In this document: piece after piece, positions 27,901 through 40,100 of the stretch
Position numbering within the stretch: position 1 is the first letter of the stretch
How the letters are laid out: each line of letters opens with the position of its first letter
NCBI RefSeq assembly: GCF_964204645.1
Contig: NC_134029.1
Location: 20,020,950 to 20,084,949, forward strand
Origin: Tubulanus polymorphus
Lineage: Eukaryota; Animalia; Nemertea
DNA: 64,000 bases
Direction of reading: 5' to 3'
The notes under the pieces: generated by a model
Databases searched by the model: none
Told to the model about the DNA's origin: nothing
What the model saw: the letters and a program-made list of their open reading frames with translations, nothing else
Position numbers and translations under genes: made by a program

Positions 27901-30900
27901 ATCGGATCTCGGTTCTATCCGGGGAACTTTCATGAAATTCAGTAAGAACATGGCGTTCAAATATCTAATGTTCTGATATCGGACACCTCGATTCTATGGT
28001 ATTACTGTATCAAATCTAACTATATTTCATTATGGAATTACTAAGGATTTGTAGGGTTCGGTAATAATAGTTTCCTGCCTGAAGGGAACCTACCTACTCA
28101 ATAGATCACATTTCATTATTCAGAGGAAAATAGTATTGAATATCATTGTACAGGATACAACTATTACTACCATACCATATCAAGCCATACCAAGCCATAC
28201 CAAACCATACCAAACCATACCAAACTATACCATATCATACATCACACCATGCAATGCCATACCATACTGCACCTTACCATACCATATCACACCATACCAT
28301 ATAATATCACGCCATACTACATCATATCACAGCATATCTCACCATGCCATACCATACCATATCACACCGCGCCATACCATATCATATCATGTCTTGCCAT
28401 ATCATACCATATCATGCCATACCACATCATATCACAGCATATCTCACCACGCCACACCATATCACGCCTTGCTACCACGCCATATCATATCACGCCATTC
28501 CCATGCCATGCCATATCACAGCATATCTAACCATGCCGCATCATATCATTTCACGCCAAACCATATCACGACACACCATACCATATCATGTCTTGTCATA
28601 CCATAACATATCACGCAATACCACATCATATCATAGCATATCTCACCATGCCACACCATACCATATCACACCACACCGTGCCATACCATATCACGTCATG
28701 CCACCACGTCATACCAAACCGTATTACTATGCCATGCCATACCATACCATACTTACATACCATACCATACCGACCATACCATACCAAACAGTGTTGACTT
28801 GTTCAATTGTTTATGTACTGTCTGGAGCAGATAATTGGCACGATTCTGAAGTCATCCTTACAATATCGAAAGCAGATATCTAGTTTATCTTATTTTTGTC
28901 TCATATGTCTCGGGGTATTTAGGGATATCGAAGATGTGCGTAAATTTGGCGCCAGTTGAGTTTTGACTGACACGCCAGAATAGAGCTTCGGCAACTTAAT
29001 CCGGTCAGACTTTTGATGACGGAAATGGTTTGCGGAAAGATCGTTCTGTTCAGCTGCATACATTTCAACGTAATTTCAACCATCCGTATTCATCAGAGTT
29101 TGATGAATTTAGCGAACGTAATTCAGTCATTCCAGATCTCCTTGAGAGACATTTCTCTAAGGACGTATCTTATCCTTTCTATCTGTGAATTATGCAAAAC
29201 ATTGTAAGATTCAGTTTTATGACACCGTATAAAATAATCTGTTACAATGATATTTAAATACATTGATACCTAGTATGCGTTATTTTAAGGGGGTACTGTG
29301 TGGGTCGATGTGATATTGGCGTATCAAAATAACTATTATTATTGCGCAAATTACCGTTTTATTTAGTTAAATATTGATTTTCGTTACTTTATTTTCTATT
29401 TAATGAATTTTCATACACGTGCAATTAACAAATTAGATTATTGTTTTGAGAGGACGTGCACTATGTCATCAATATTTGGGCTAGACCGGAAATGAATTGA
29501 ATTGAATATATTCAAATTAACTCCATTGATCCTATGTTATTTTTCAAGGTGTCGATGAACGTTGAAGTTAGTTTTCGTGTAAGAAGCGTTTGATGTTTTT
29601 GGACGGTTGAGAGTATAATCGTGTAAACACGACAATTTGTTCAATTCATCGCTTTGATATGAAATGCCAGAAAATGCGAGAGACCTCGTCATGTGTACCG
29701 AACGTGTGAAGGGCCGCGACACAAGAAATCCATTATCCAAACCTTGAAACCCGTGTCGATTATGAAAATATGTAAATGCGATTTTTGGCGTCTGCCATGC
29801 CGCCCGTTTAATCGTTCTGCGGCGTTATTTATTATGAGCGGTACAATTCAAATAAGTCTTAGTCTTACATGATGCGGAGTAAGCTCGGCTTTATTAGAAT
29901 TCCCTGACGCCGCACAAAGATAGTCTGTTATACAGCTTATTTACTGATAGCCAGCGTCGTTCGGAAATTGACGTGGCCGCTCTATTTGACTGAGATAACG
30001 CATTCTCTTCTCCCCGACTTTCTGCCTCTCCCCGCGGAGCTCTTATTTTCTTCTTCACCCTACTCATTGGTTCTCGGGCTTTGGCGTGACCCTTATTCTC
30101 GTACCGTCTGCATGCATGTCTGTCTGTCTTTCAGCTACTTAGCTTCGTTAATAGTGGTTCAATCTCGATGAAACTTGGTATGAATGTTAGTATGGGGTTC
30201 TAGTTGCGCAGTGCAAAGAATAGGCCCAGTGCGCCACCTAGTGGCAGAAATAAGCACTAAAAACTTTTTCGGTGACACAAACTTGAAGATGACCTCATAA
30301 CTGAGGAACGGTGTGGAAAATTTAAAAAAATGTGATTAAAGTTAATTATTGGCCCTAGATATAACATATCCAAAATGCAAGGAGAATTAGCGCACGGGGA
30401 TTTCGGAGTTGTAGCTCGAGTCTGAGGCCCGAGAACCGTTTGTCGCTTGTGGCTTGTTTTACCCTGTTTTCTATTCCTGCAGCTTCCGTTCGCGTAGAAT
30501 TTGTATTCTATGAAAAGTGTCGGCTGAATTTTTCATCTACGTCTGAAACGGTGAAATTAGATTGTGCGGCGCATAACAGCAATTTATATTATTAATGAAC
30601 CTTCAAACGGTGCAATTAGATCGCGTATGGAATAACGCGCGTTTCTCATATTCAAATTTGTATTATTCGAGTATTTCAACAAATTCTCTAATACGAGAAA
30701 CTATGAATTTACCCGTAGCTCATGAGCTGAGATTGAGAATTGGAAGAGATTCATATCGGCAAGATTATACAGCCGTGATCGCTAGTGCTTTTGGCCCGTG
30801 TCAAATTTGGCCAGTGGGCCGTTTCTGTTTGACCCATGCAATATTTGGGCCTGACGAAAAACATCGGACCAGGCCCAGGCCAAATTTAAGCATCGTTAAG

Positions 30901-33900
30901 TAGCGAGTGGTTTACATGTGATGCCCTCTCTTTTTGAGGCCAGGGCCAATTTGACCCACAAATTATGGTGACAGACGCTATTTTTCCTTATTGTTCAACT
31001 GAAGTCGAACTGGAGAATACCCCCCCCCCCCCCCTGTATAGATTGTATCGTAAATTTGATTTAGCGCATATCGATTGTCGGAAAATGTTGGAAATATTTT
31101 TGTGGCAACGCAACACATCAGGGGAAACCATCAATGGTATTAATCAACTATAGTTGATATTTTCCCTCAACACGAGTAGTAACAATGTCGTCGTATCAGT
31201 TGTCATAGAGTTTCATTCACTGTTATTGACGGCGTGTTCTCGCAGTTCTCTCACATGTCCCAGCTTTATTCAACAACACTACGCCGCGCTGAAACACCGA
31301 CGACGACGAGCTCGAAATCTATAACTATGAAAATTATAAAAAGGGAAACTGTCATTTTTCAAGTTTATGAGAAATTTATTCGTCGCGTACTCGTGAAACT
31401 TATACGCGTACACTGATGAATAGGAGATAAAAGATAATATTTGACTTCCGAGTCTATTACACCTCGATCCAACTCCAAGTAGATTCCTGAAGTTGCCAGC
31501 AGATGGCGTGTACATGTGTTTTTACAGATCCGCGCGACTCAGACTCAGTAATTACATATATTTGCACCCCGCCGGTAGATGTTTCGAAGAATTTCACACA
31601 TATCAGTTATCAAAACGAAACGTGAAATGTATGCCCTGTATACCAGGGTAGTCCGGTCGTACGCTATAAAATCGAATGGAAATGACTGATGATTTCGTGG
31701 GGAAAAAAATACCCATTGCTTTGAGCGATGTAGAATGTCATCAGCTCGCTAGCAAACCATAAAATGAGCTTCCAATTTGTGGACATTAGCTGCTGCAGCA
31801 GGCGTAATGGGATATTGTAGTTATTAATCCATTTTCTATTTATCCAAATGCCGGGAATATGCAGTTTTTTTTCGGCGCCGATATTGTCCGATCCATTTTA
31901 GATAACTGGCTTATTGCTAGCTGCCGTAGCGCCCGTATAATAGAACTGAATCAATTCGTTATACCTGTCATCGGAACAACGGCATTTCGAATCCTCTTTA
32001 CATCGTTAGCCGTTAAATAGTTTGTAGTAGGCTTAGCATATTTTCGTCTTTCTTCTACATTAGCTGCCATAGCAGCCATATTGGACATGGGAATCAACAG
32101 TATCAAGATAAAGGCCCTTTGGACAATTGCATCCCCCACATCGTTAGCCGTTAAATAGTTTGTAGTAGGCTTAGCATATTTTCGTCTTTCTTCTACATTA
32201 GCTGCCATAGCAGCCATATTGGACATGGGAATCAACAGTATCAAGATAAAGGCCCTTTGGACAATTGCATCCCCCACCATTTCTTTGATATCAATTAAAC
32301 TTTGGATTTAAGTAATACTGCCACTATGTAGTGATATAAGAATTGGAATATCAGTCAAGTTGGAAAACCTGGAAAACTCAGGGAATCGGAAAAGTCTAGA
32401 AAAAAATCAGGGAAAACTCAGGAAATTTGCAAAATTTTGCAAAAAAATCAGGAAAATTTGGGCAGGCTACTAACCACGCATTTCTTTATCAAAACACAAT
32501 TCATGAAAAAGGAATATATTGGAACATTTCGAACCCAAGAAATTCTTCGGATTTTCTCAGGGAATTTTGTGTTATAACATGGAAAAAGCAGGGAAAGATT
32601 AGTGAATCGGTGGAAAGCGGTGATCCTGATCGATTTTGAGCGATAAATCGAATTTCGTTGATATTTTTCAGATCCGATCGCCGAGGATCGTAAAACGGTC
32701 GTCTGTCCGTTCATCGACGTGCTCGATTACGAGACTTTCATGTATCGCGCTCAGGATGAGGGAGCTCGCGGCGCGTTCGATTGGGAGTTCTTCTATAAAC
32801 GACTACCCTTGTTACCGGAGGATAGGGCTAATCCGGCAAAACCTTTCAAGTAAGTCGGAAAGTAGACGATCCACACAGCTTGAACTTTCTAAAAACTCTG
32901 GTTTTTTCTACAGGATGCATTAGATTAATGATGTAATTAGTTGAAATTAGTTGTAGGTTCTATCCCGGGTGTCGAATCAGTAAACCATAACAAATGGATT
33001 GCACTTTGAAAGCTAACTAGATTTATTTGAATTACGAGCTTTCGCTACTAGTGCATAGTAGCTTCATCGGGAAAATGACCATAGTCAATGCAGAAACAAC
33101 TTTTATTCCCCCTATAAATACTGTTGTTTCTGCATTGACTATGCTCATTTACCTGATAAAGCTAATATGCACTAATAGCGAAAGCTTGTTACCTAAATAA
33201 ATCTAGTCAACCCTCAAAGTACTATCTGTTTTTATGTTTTACTGATTAGGTAGAATTAGTTAATTTAAATTAGTTAACTCTTTGACTCAGACCTGTGGAA
33301 TCTAAACTCAGACCTGTGGAAGTGGTTCCTTGGTTTTTTGTTAAAAATCGATAATCTTATTCACAATTTGATTTATAGGAGTCCTGTAATGGCTGGGGGT
33401 TTATTCGCTATGGATAAATCGTGGTTCTGGGATCTCGGCGGTTACGATCCCGGTTTGGAAATATGGGGTGGGGAACAATACGAACTGTCGTTTAAGGTAA
33501 GTCGGTTTATTTTAACGGTACATTAAAAAGCCGAATTCTTATCCATGTTAATTAATACATTGCGATTAATTCAGATAAGCTTCTTAAAAGCAAAAACGAA
33601 CTTATTCAAATCGTGATAATTCAAGTAAAAACGGAAATAAATTTAAATGATAATGCATTTTTGATTTGTACATTATGCTTAATATTTTTTCCGCATGCAC
33701 TGTTACTGAATGCCTACGATATATTTTACAATATCTTTGCCAAAATGGTTTCATAAGCTAAATAGTAATCTGCTTGTCTTGCTTTTCATCAAATTGAAAG
33801 TATTCTTTAGTTTAAACACTGTGGGATTTCGAAACTTAGTTTCCATTATACACTGTAGGATTGGAAACTTAGTGTCCACTATACACTGTAGGATTCAAAA

Positions 33901-36900
33901 CTTAGTGTCCACTATACACTGTAGGATTCAAATCTTAGTTTCCACTTTACACTGTAGGATTGGAAACTTAGTGTCCACTATACACTGTAGGATTCAAAAC
34001 ATAGTATCCACTATACACTGTAGGATTCAAATCTTAGTTTCCACTATACACTGTAGGATTGGAAACTTAATGTCCACTATATATTGTAGGATTCAAAACA
34101 TAGTATCCACTATACACTGTAGGATTCAAATCTTAGTTTCCACTATACACTGTAAGATTGGAAACTTAGTGTCCACTATACACTGTACAATTCAAAACTT
34201 AGTGTCCACTATACACTGTAGGATTCAAATCTTAGTTTCCACTATACACTGTAGGATTCAAAACTTAGTTTCCACTATACAGTGTAGGATTCAAAACTTA
34301 GTTTCCACTATACACTGTAGGATTCAAAACTTAGTTTCCACTATACACTGTGGGATTCGAAACTTAGAATGTAGATGATATTTCTGTAGTAATTGTGATC
34401 TGTGCATTAATTCACATTTTCTTTAATGTGAAAGAGACAGAAGCCTTTACCAGTAGACAAGCCGCTATCACACGAGCGATTTTGGCCCAGGCCAAAAGCC
34501 AAGAACATCGGACAAGGCCCGAGCCAAATTTTAGCATGGGTAAAATCATTGCATGTGAATGCTTACTGAGTGGTGTGAAAGCGTTCTCTAATTGGGCATT
34601 GACTCCGGGTTCAATCCGGGCCAGATGATCTCCGTGTGATAGTGGCTATAGTGATATTAGGATTTCTCACTGTTAGCTACTCTCTGATAGAGACTGTGGG
34701 TACTTAGAAACGTTCTTTACGAATACCTTTAGCTATCTTGTATATTTTATAGATCTGGCAATGCGGTGGTACGATGGTTGATACTGCTTGCTCTAGAATC
34801 GCTCATGTCTATAGAAAGTTCGCTCCTTTTCCTAATCCGGGACTCGGTGATTTTGTTGGAAAGGTAATATTTTCACGGTAAAAGGTGTTCGACGCGCGGC
34901 GCTTGCGTAAGATGCCCGGTTATTGATCCGGTGTTGTGTGTTGAAAATATTTTTACGCCAACTGTAAGATGGCTATTGAAATATGCATCTAGTTCGTACA
35001 GTTGTGGATTTTTACTCATTGAAAAAGTCAAACCACAGTTACTGCAATTAACAGTTGATAATGAATAATTAATGGATTTCATGTTTAACCCTTTCAAGTC
35101 TACACCGCAGTGCGGTGTATAAATTGGTGATGGACTTTGCTAGTACACCGCACTGTGATGTGTTAATGTAATAATTTTTACCTCTATTGAAAGGTGTCAG
35201 TGTCTGTCCAACATAGTGAAATATTGGTAACTTAAGATACTCCGCACCGCGGTGTAGATACACTAGATCTATATGCCCCTTATTCGACATACTAGAGTGG
35301 AAATTTTCAAATTGTTTCGAGCGCTTTTGGGTATTAATTAGTCAGCACTGAAAGGGTGAACAGATTACGTTTGATTCGGGCATAAACTTGAAATATAAAT
35401 CCACAACTTTGCGGCTGATTCTGCCGAAACTAAATCAATAAAGAATCTTTATCGGTTGCCATCTTTAAACTGCAAACGATTGAAGTATTCTAATGGTTTA
35501 AGACTCATTTGAGACTTCGTCAGTTGATTGTAAATTTCAACACGTGATCGCCGGTATTTATCACCGGGAATCAACGCGCTGCGAACGCGTAATAACGATT
35601 TTGTTTTCGCCGTTGTATGAAGATTTGGCAGTGCGGCGGTCAGATGGTCGATACCGCATGTTCGCGTATCGCTCACGTGTATCGTCGTTTCAACCCGAAC
35701 GGAGGAGGCTCGTCGCTCGGCAGGGTAGGACCTGATGACTTTTTTTCGAATATAGGTGGAGCGTTAGTAGATTTAGAAGTACTGGAGAATCTACGAACTT
35801 TTTTTTTTTTTTCAACCCCAAAATAGATGTTTCAGTGAATATTTGAAACTAGACTGGTAGATTTATATTCATCTCAGTATTTCACAGTTTATGAGCAAAA
35901 CCAACACTGATGTTGAAGTTTAAGTCAAGACTTTAGAATTGTCGGAATAAATTCTCAAATTATCAACCGCGGCTTTTGCTCATTAACTTTTAACTAGATT
36001 GGCATCTGGTATCGGCACCAATTTCTAGTCTAAGAACATCGTGGCCATTCTCACAGAATTACAGCTTTCAAATTCTTGTGCTCTGATCATCCAAATTAGT
36101 ACAACTGCTTCTAATTTATACAATATCATGAGGGTGCCATGATCGGGAGGGGAACTCGATGTGTTAACAAATAGAATTGGTCTGGTTATGAAGATTCAAA
36201 ACGTCAGTAGTATTTTCTCAAGGAAATTGATAATTTGAATTGACAGACAGGAACTGGGGGGGGGGGGGGGGTTAAAGCTCCCCGTGATTAGGCTTTTAAT
36301 TATTTGGATATTCCGTTGATGAGATATTCACCGCGATTGCTCGTTGAGAAATATGCGAAGATATATCAGTCATTATCTATATACTTCAATATCACCATTA
36401 TGAGGAAATCGAAGAAGTAGTCCTTCAAGTGGCTGGCACTCCAGTCTGATTGCCAATTAAACCATATTGCAAATTACCGGATAAATCCATGTTTAATGTA
36501 CTTGCAAGTACTGGTGTTTAATGTACTCGCAAGTACTGGTGTTTAATGTATTTGCGAGTACTGGTACGTGCCGGTATTGTTTTCTGCACGCATCGACTAT
36601 GTACTGCGGCGTACACCATATATTTGGTACTTTGGCTGCATATAATTGCTGTAAGTCTGCGAAATCCCTGCGGTAATCGAATTCAGTTTTCGAATAGAGA
36701 TGTGAAACACCATTAGCCACATTCTATTCGATAACGGACGCAATTATTAATCGTCGGATCGGCTGAAATTACGGTTATATCCTGAATAGTAGTGGCTATG
36801 AAATTTTCCCCGGTATTCCGGTATTTCAATACCACTGTTTAGTCTGCTGCTATTGAATAGATGACTCGAGAAAATTGTTATGAAAAATTGAAAACTTAAG

Positions 36901-37077
36901 TTTTATTTGAGAGCTGTTTAAACCCTCAGTATTTTACATATTGGTCTCGTCAATCCATGGTTCATATGTTTGAACCCTGATCGCAATGGAGTTTCTTGGT
37001 ACGATGATTCTTCTCTGTGGCTTCATTCACTTTGAATAATGATAATAATTATGATAATAACAATAATAATAATAATG

Positions 37078-37121
<44 letters not shown>

Positions 37122-40100
37122 TAATTTGTTTATATAGTGCTATATTATAAGATGATCGTAGCGCTTTACAATAGTAATACATGAAATCATTGAAATACCA
37201 TTGGAATACAAGAACATAAAAACAAGTAACAGCTTTCCTAAAAAGATATGTTTGAGGTTTCGTTTAAAAACATCAACAAAACTGGAGTTTCTCTTACTAT
37301 GAATTTTATTTTCTTGTTGTTTAGAACTATAAACGGGTCGCTGAAGTTTGGATGGACGAATACAAAGAACATTTATACCGACGCCGGCCTCACTATCGAC
37401 AACTGAACGCCGGCGATTTGACGGCGCAAATAGCCATTCGAAACCGTTTGAAATGTAAATCGTTCAAATGGTTCATGACGGAAATCGCGTTCGATTTACC
37501 GAAGCATTATCCACCCGTCGAACCACCTAGCTATGCATCCGGCGAGGTAAGAAAATATTCTTTTCTCTCTTTCCTTCGAGAGAAAAGAATCCTTCAATAT
37601 TGAAATAGTCAAACGGATAAGCGTAAGAAGATTCTCCATCTCGGTAATGAAATCTTTCGATTTTTTGCAGTTGCGTAATCTCGGCAACAATATGTGCGTC
37701 GACACTCGCTTCAAATCCGCGAATGAGAGATTTGGTCTAGAAGAGTGCGTTGCAGACGGGCATGGAAGATCTGGAGAACAGGTACGCCATCTATCGGTGT
37801 CTTTTTATATCATTGTATTCAGTGTATCTTCAAAATGTATCAGAGGAAAAGACTGGTAATTTTCTTTTCTTTAAAAAAGTCAGGAACAGTCGGGGAATTT
37901 TTGTAAAAACCTTAAGATCAGGGAAAAGTCGGGTAAATTTGTTGAGATTGCAAGATCGCGCTTAAAATCAAACAGTTTCCATCTATGTTTTACATATTTG
38001 ACTGAGTTCATTGATCGAATTCTTAGCAGATCCAAATCGGGGAATACAACATGCATATCAGGGAATAGTCAGGGAAAAAGCAAGTCACATAAAATTGGCC
38101 ACGCTGAAATATGCGATATTGTGCAATAAAAACCATTCGTTCTATTTTGTTTTCAGCAATTTGAACTGACCTGGCATAAAGATATCCGGCCAAACAAGCG
38201 AAACGTTTGTTTCGATGTTTCTCAGAGTATTCACAAAGCTCCTGTGATTTTATTTGCGTGCCACGGTATGAAAGGGAACCAATTCTGGAAATATAATGTT
38301 GTAAGTATATATCTACGTATTATGATCATTCGAGGCTTCCAGAAGTTTTCCAGTTCGTCGTACTCGAAAATCTTTTCAGAAACTTGCACGGATACAAAAC
38401 TGTTTTGCCTACTGGATTCGGATATCTCCCTTTAACCGATGAATTTCATTCTAGCTGAGATGCCGGCGAAAGCGGCAGACGCATCCACTTGTCTATTACC
38501 CTACCTTCGCCTTTGGTTTCCGTTGTGTCATTTGTTCGTTATATCTTTCGTTCGCCCCGCGCGAGCAGATCGGATCCACCTATCCGTCTCGACGCCGCGT
38601 ATATTTTCATCTATTTACACATTGTAGGACACTAAGCAAGTTTATCACGTATCCTCTAGCAGGTGCCTAGATTCTAATGGCGATACGAAAGAAATATATA
38701 TAGCGAATTGCGACGCGAACAGTAAAACGCAGCGGTGGTCGTTCAAAACTGTGAACGAAACGGAGTTACGAAGATTGTGGAGCTCCTAGGTTATTTTTAT
38801 GAAATCTATCTTCCCTGTTCACTGGTGGTTATGGCCTTTATATATATCGGTGTAAACAATATAAACTATACAAAAAAATCTAAAATCTAAAAAATAGAAT
38901 AGCGCGGTTTAGATGCAGTTAGTTATTTCAACTTACCTGTTCTTTTGCTTATCAATCAGTCTTCATTTCTCCAGGGTCTCAAGTGCAACGTGAAGATGTA
39001 TTGAAAATAAAAGTTATTAGAAATCTTGCCCTAGAACAAACTCTCTTGCTTAAGCAGGTTTTCATCGAATGCTCTCCAGTTTACGAATAGCAAGAATTGA
39101 GGTTGATGTAAATCCTGATTACAAACACGAGGTTTGTGGATTATAGCCGCAATCACACATAGATGATTTGGCACGGATCAGGCTTTAGTCAAATTTGGCC
39201 TGATACTTGATAGTGCCGCGACAAAGCAAAGTCACTTCCGGAACCAGTTGCAATTCACATGCAGTAATTTGGCGCATGCTAAAATTTGGCTCGCCCTGAT
39301 GCGAACTTTTTGATCGAACCAACCATTCACACGGGTGCCAAATGAACCTGGGCCCAGTTTTGCGAAAAAGTTTAAGCCTAAAATGTTTAAGTTTGAATTG
39401 TAATCCTCATTGAAAACATGAAGTAACCAAAGGCAATTACGCCAAAAATTTGAGTAAAACTTTTTTGTGAAACTGAGCCCTGGGCAAAACTTGGCCCGGG
39501 CCAAAAGCGCTCGCGTGATCGTGGTTTATGCTATTATGGAATATGTTTAGGGTATATTCAAGGCTTGTAATGTAAACAATGAGCGTGGTATAGTTTCTAA
39601 CCTCTTTTAACCTCGAAGTAATGAATAGCTTTTTTTGTAGTTCACTTAATGATTTTTCAGATCATGTACTTTCACATTAAACAACTCGTGACAAAAAACA
39701 GTGCTACTGCTACATCAGCATTTCATAATATGAGATACAAGTAAATTGAGACGCACACGATACCATTTACGTATACAATACATTTCACAAATAGGCGATG
39801 AAAAATTTATCAAGCTTCTCAATCTAACTACACGCGTACACACATGTTCATCATTGATTTTTTCCATATACGTGTTACATAAAGTACTAGTCTAGCTTTG
39901 ACGAATGAAAAATTGTTGTACCATAGCAATAAAGAGATCTAATCTGTATGTTGACAAATGTTAGGGACTTGATCTTTTACATGATGGTTAAATCTTCTGA
40001 ATATACCGCTACTCTGTGCCGTGGGAATTGTCCCGCAGATATTTCATACTTTGTTAGTAACAAGAAGGTTTTGCGCTGATTATGTTTGTTCGATTATGAT

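Noticed and set aside
28136-28883. His/Tyr/Pro-rich ORFs in several frames
   Set aside because: A pentanucleotide satellite that happens to lack stop codons.
31951-32280. 109-aa ORF with an internal 46-aa repeat
   Set aside because: Arises from the 138-bp duplication (a multiple of 3); no other coding evidence.
33710-34378. 222-aa ORF with [11 protein letters not shown] repeats
   Set aside because: Translation of a 33-bp minisatellite inside a GalNAc-T intron; no splice or homology support.
38452-38486. CTGAGA...GCGAAA hairpin as a hammerhead ribozyme
   Set aside because: It lacks the CUGANGA core spacing, and the GAAA is a tetraloop; kept only as a local hairpin.
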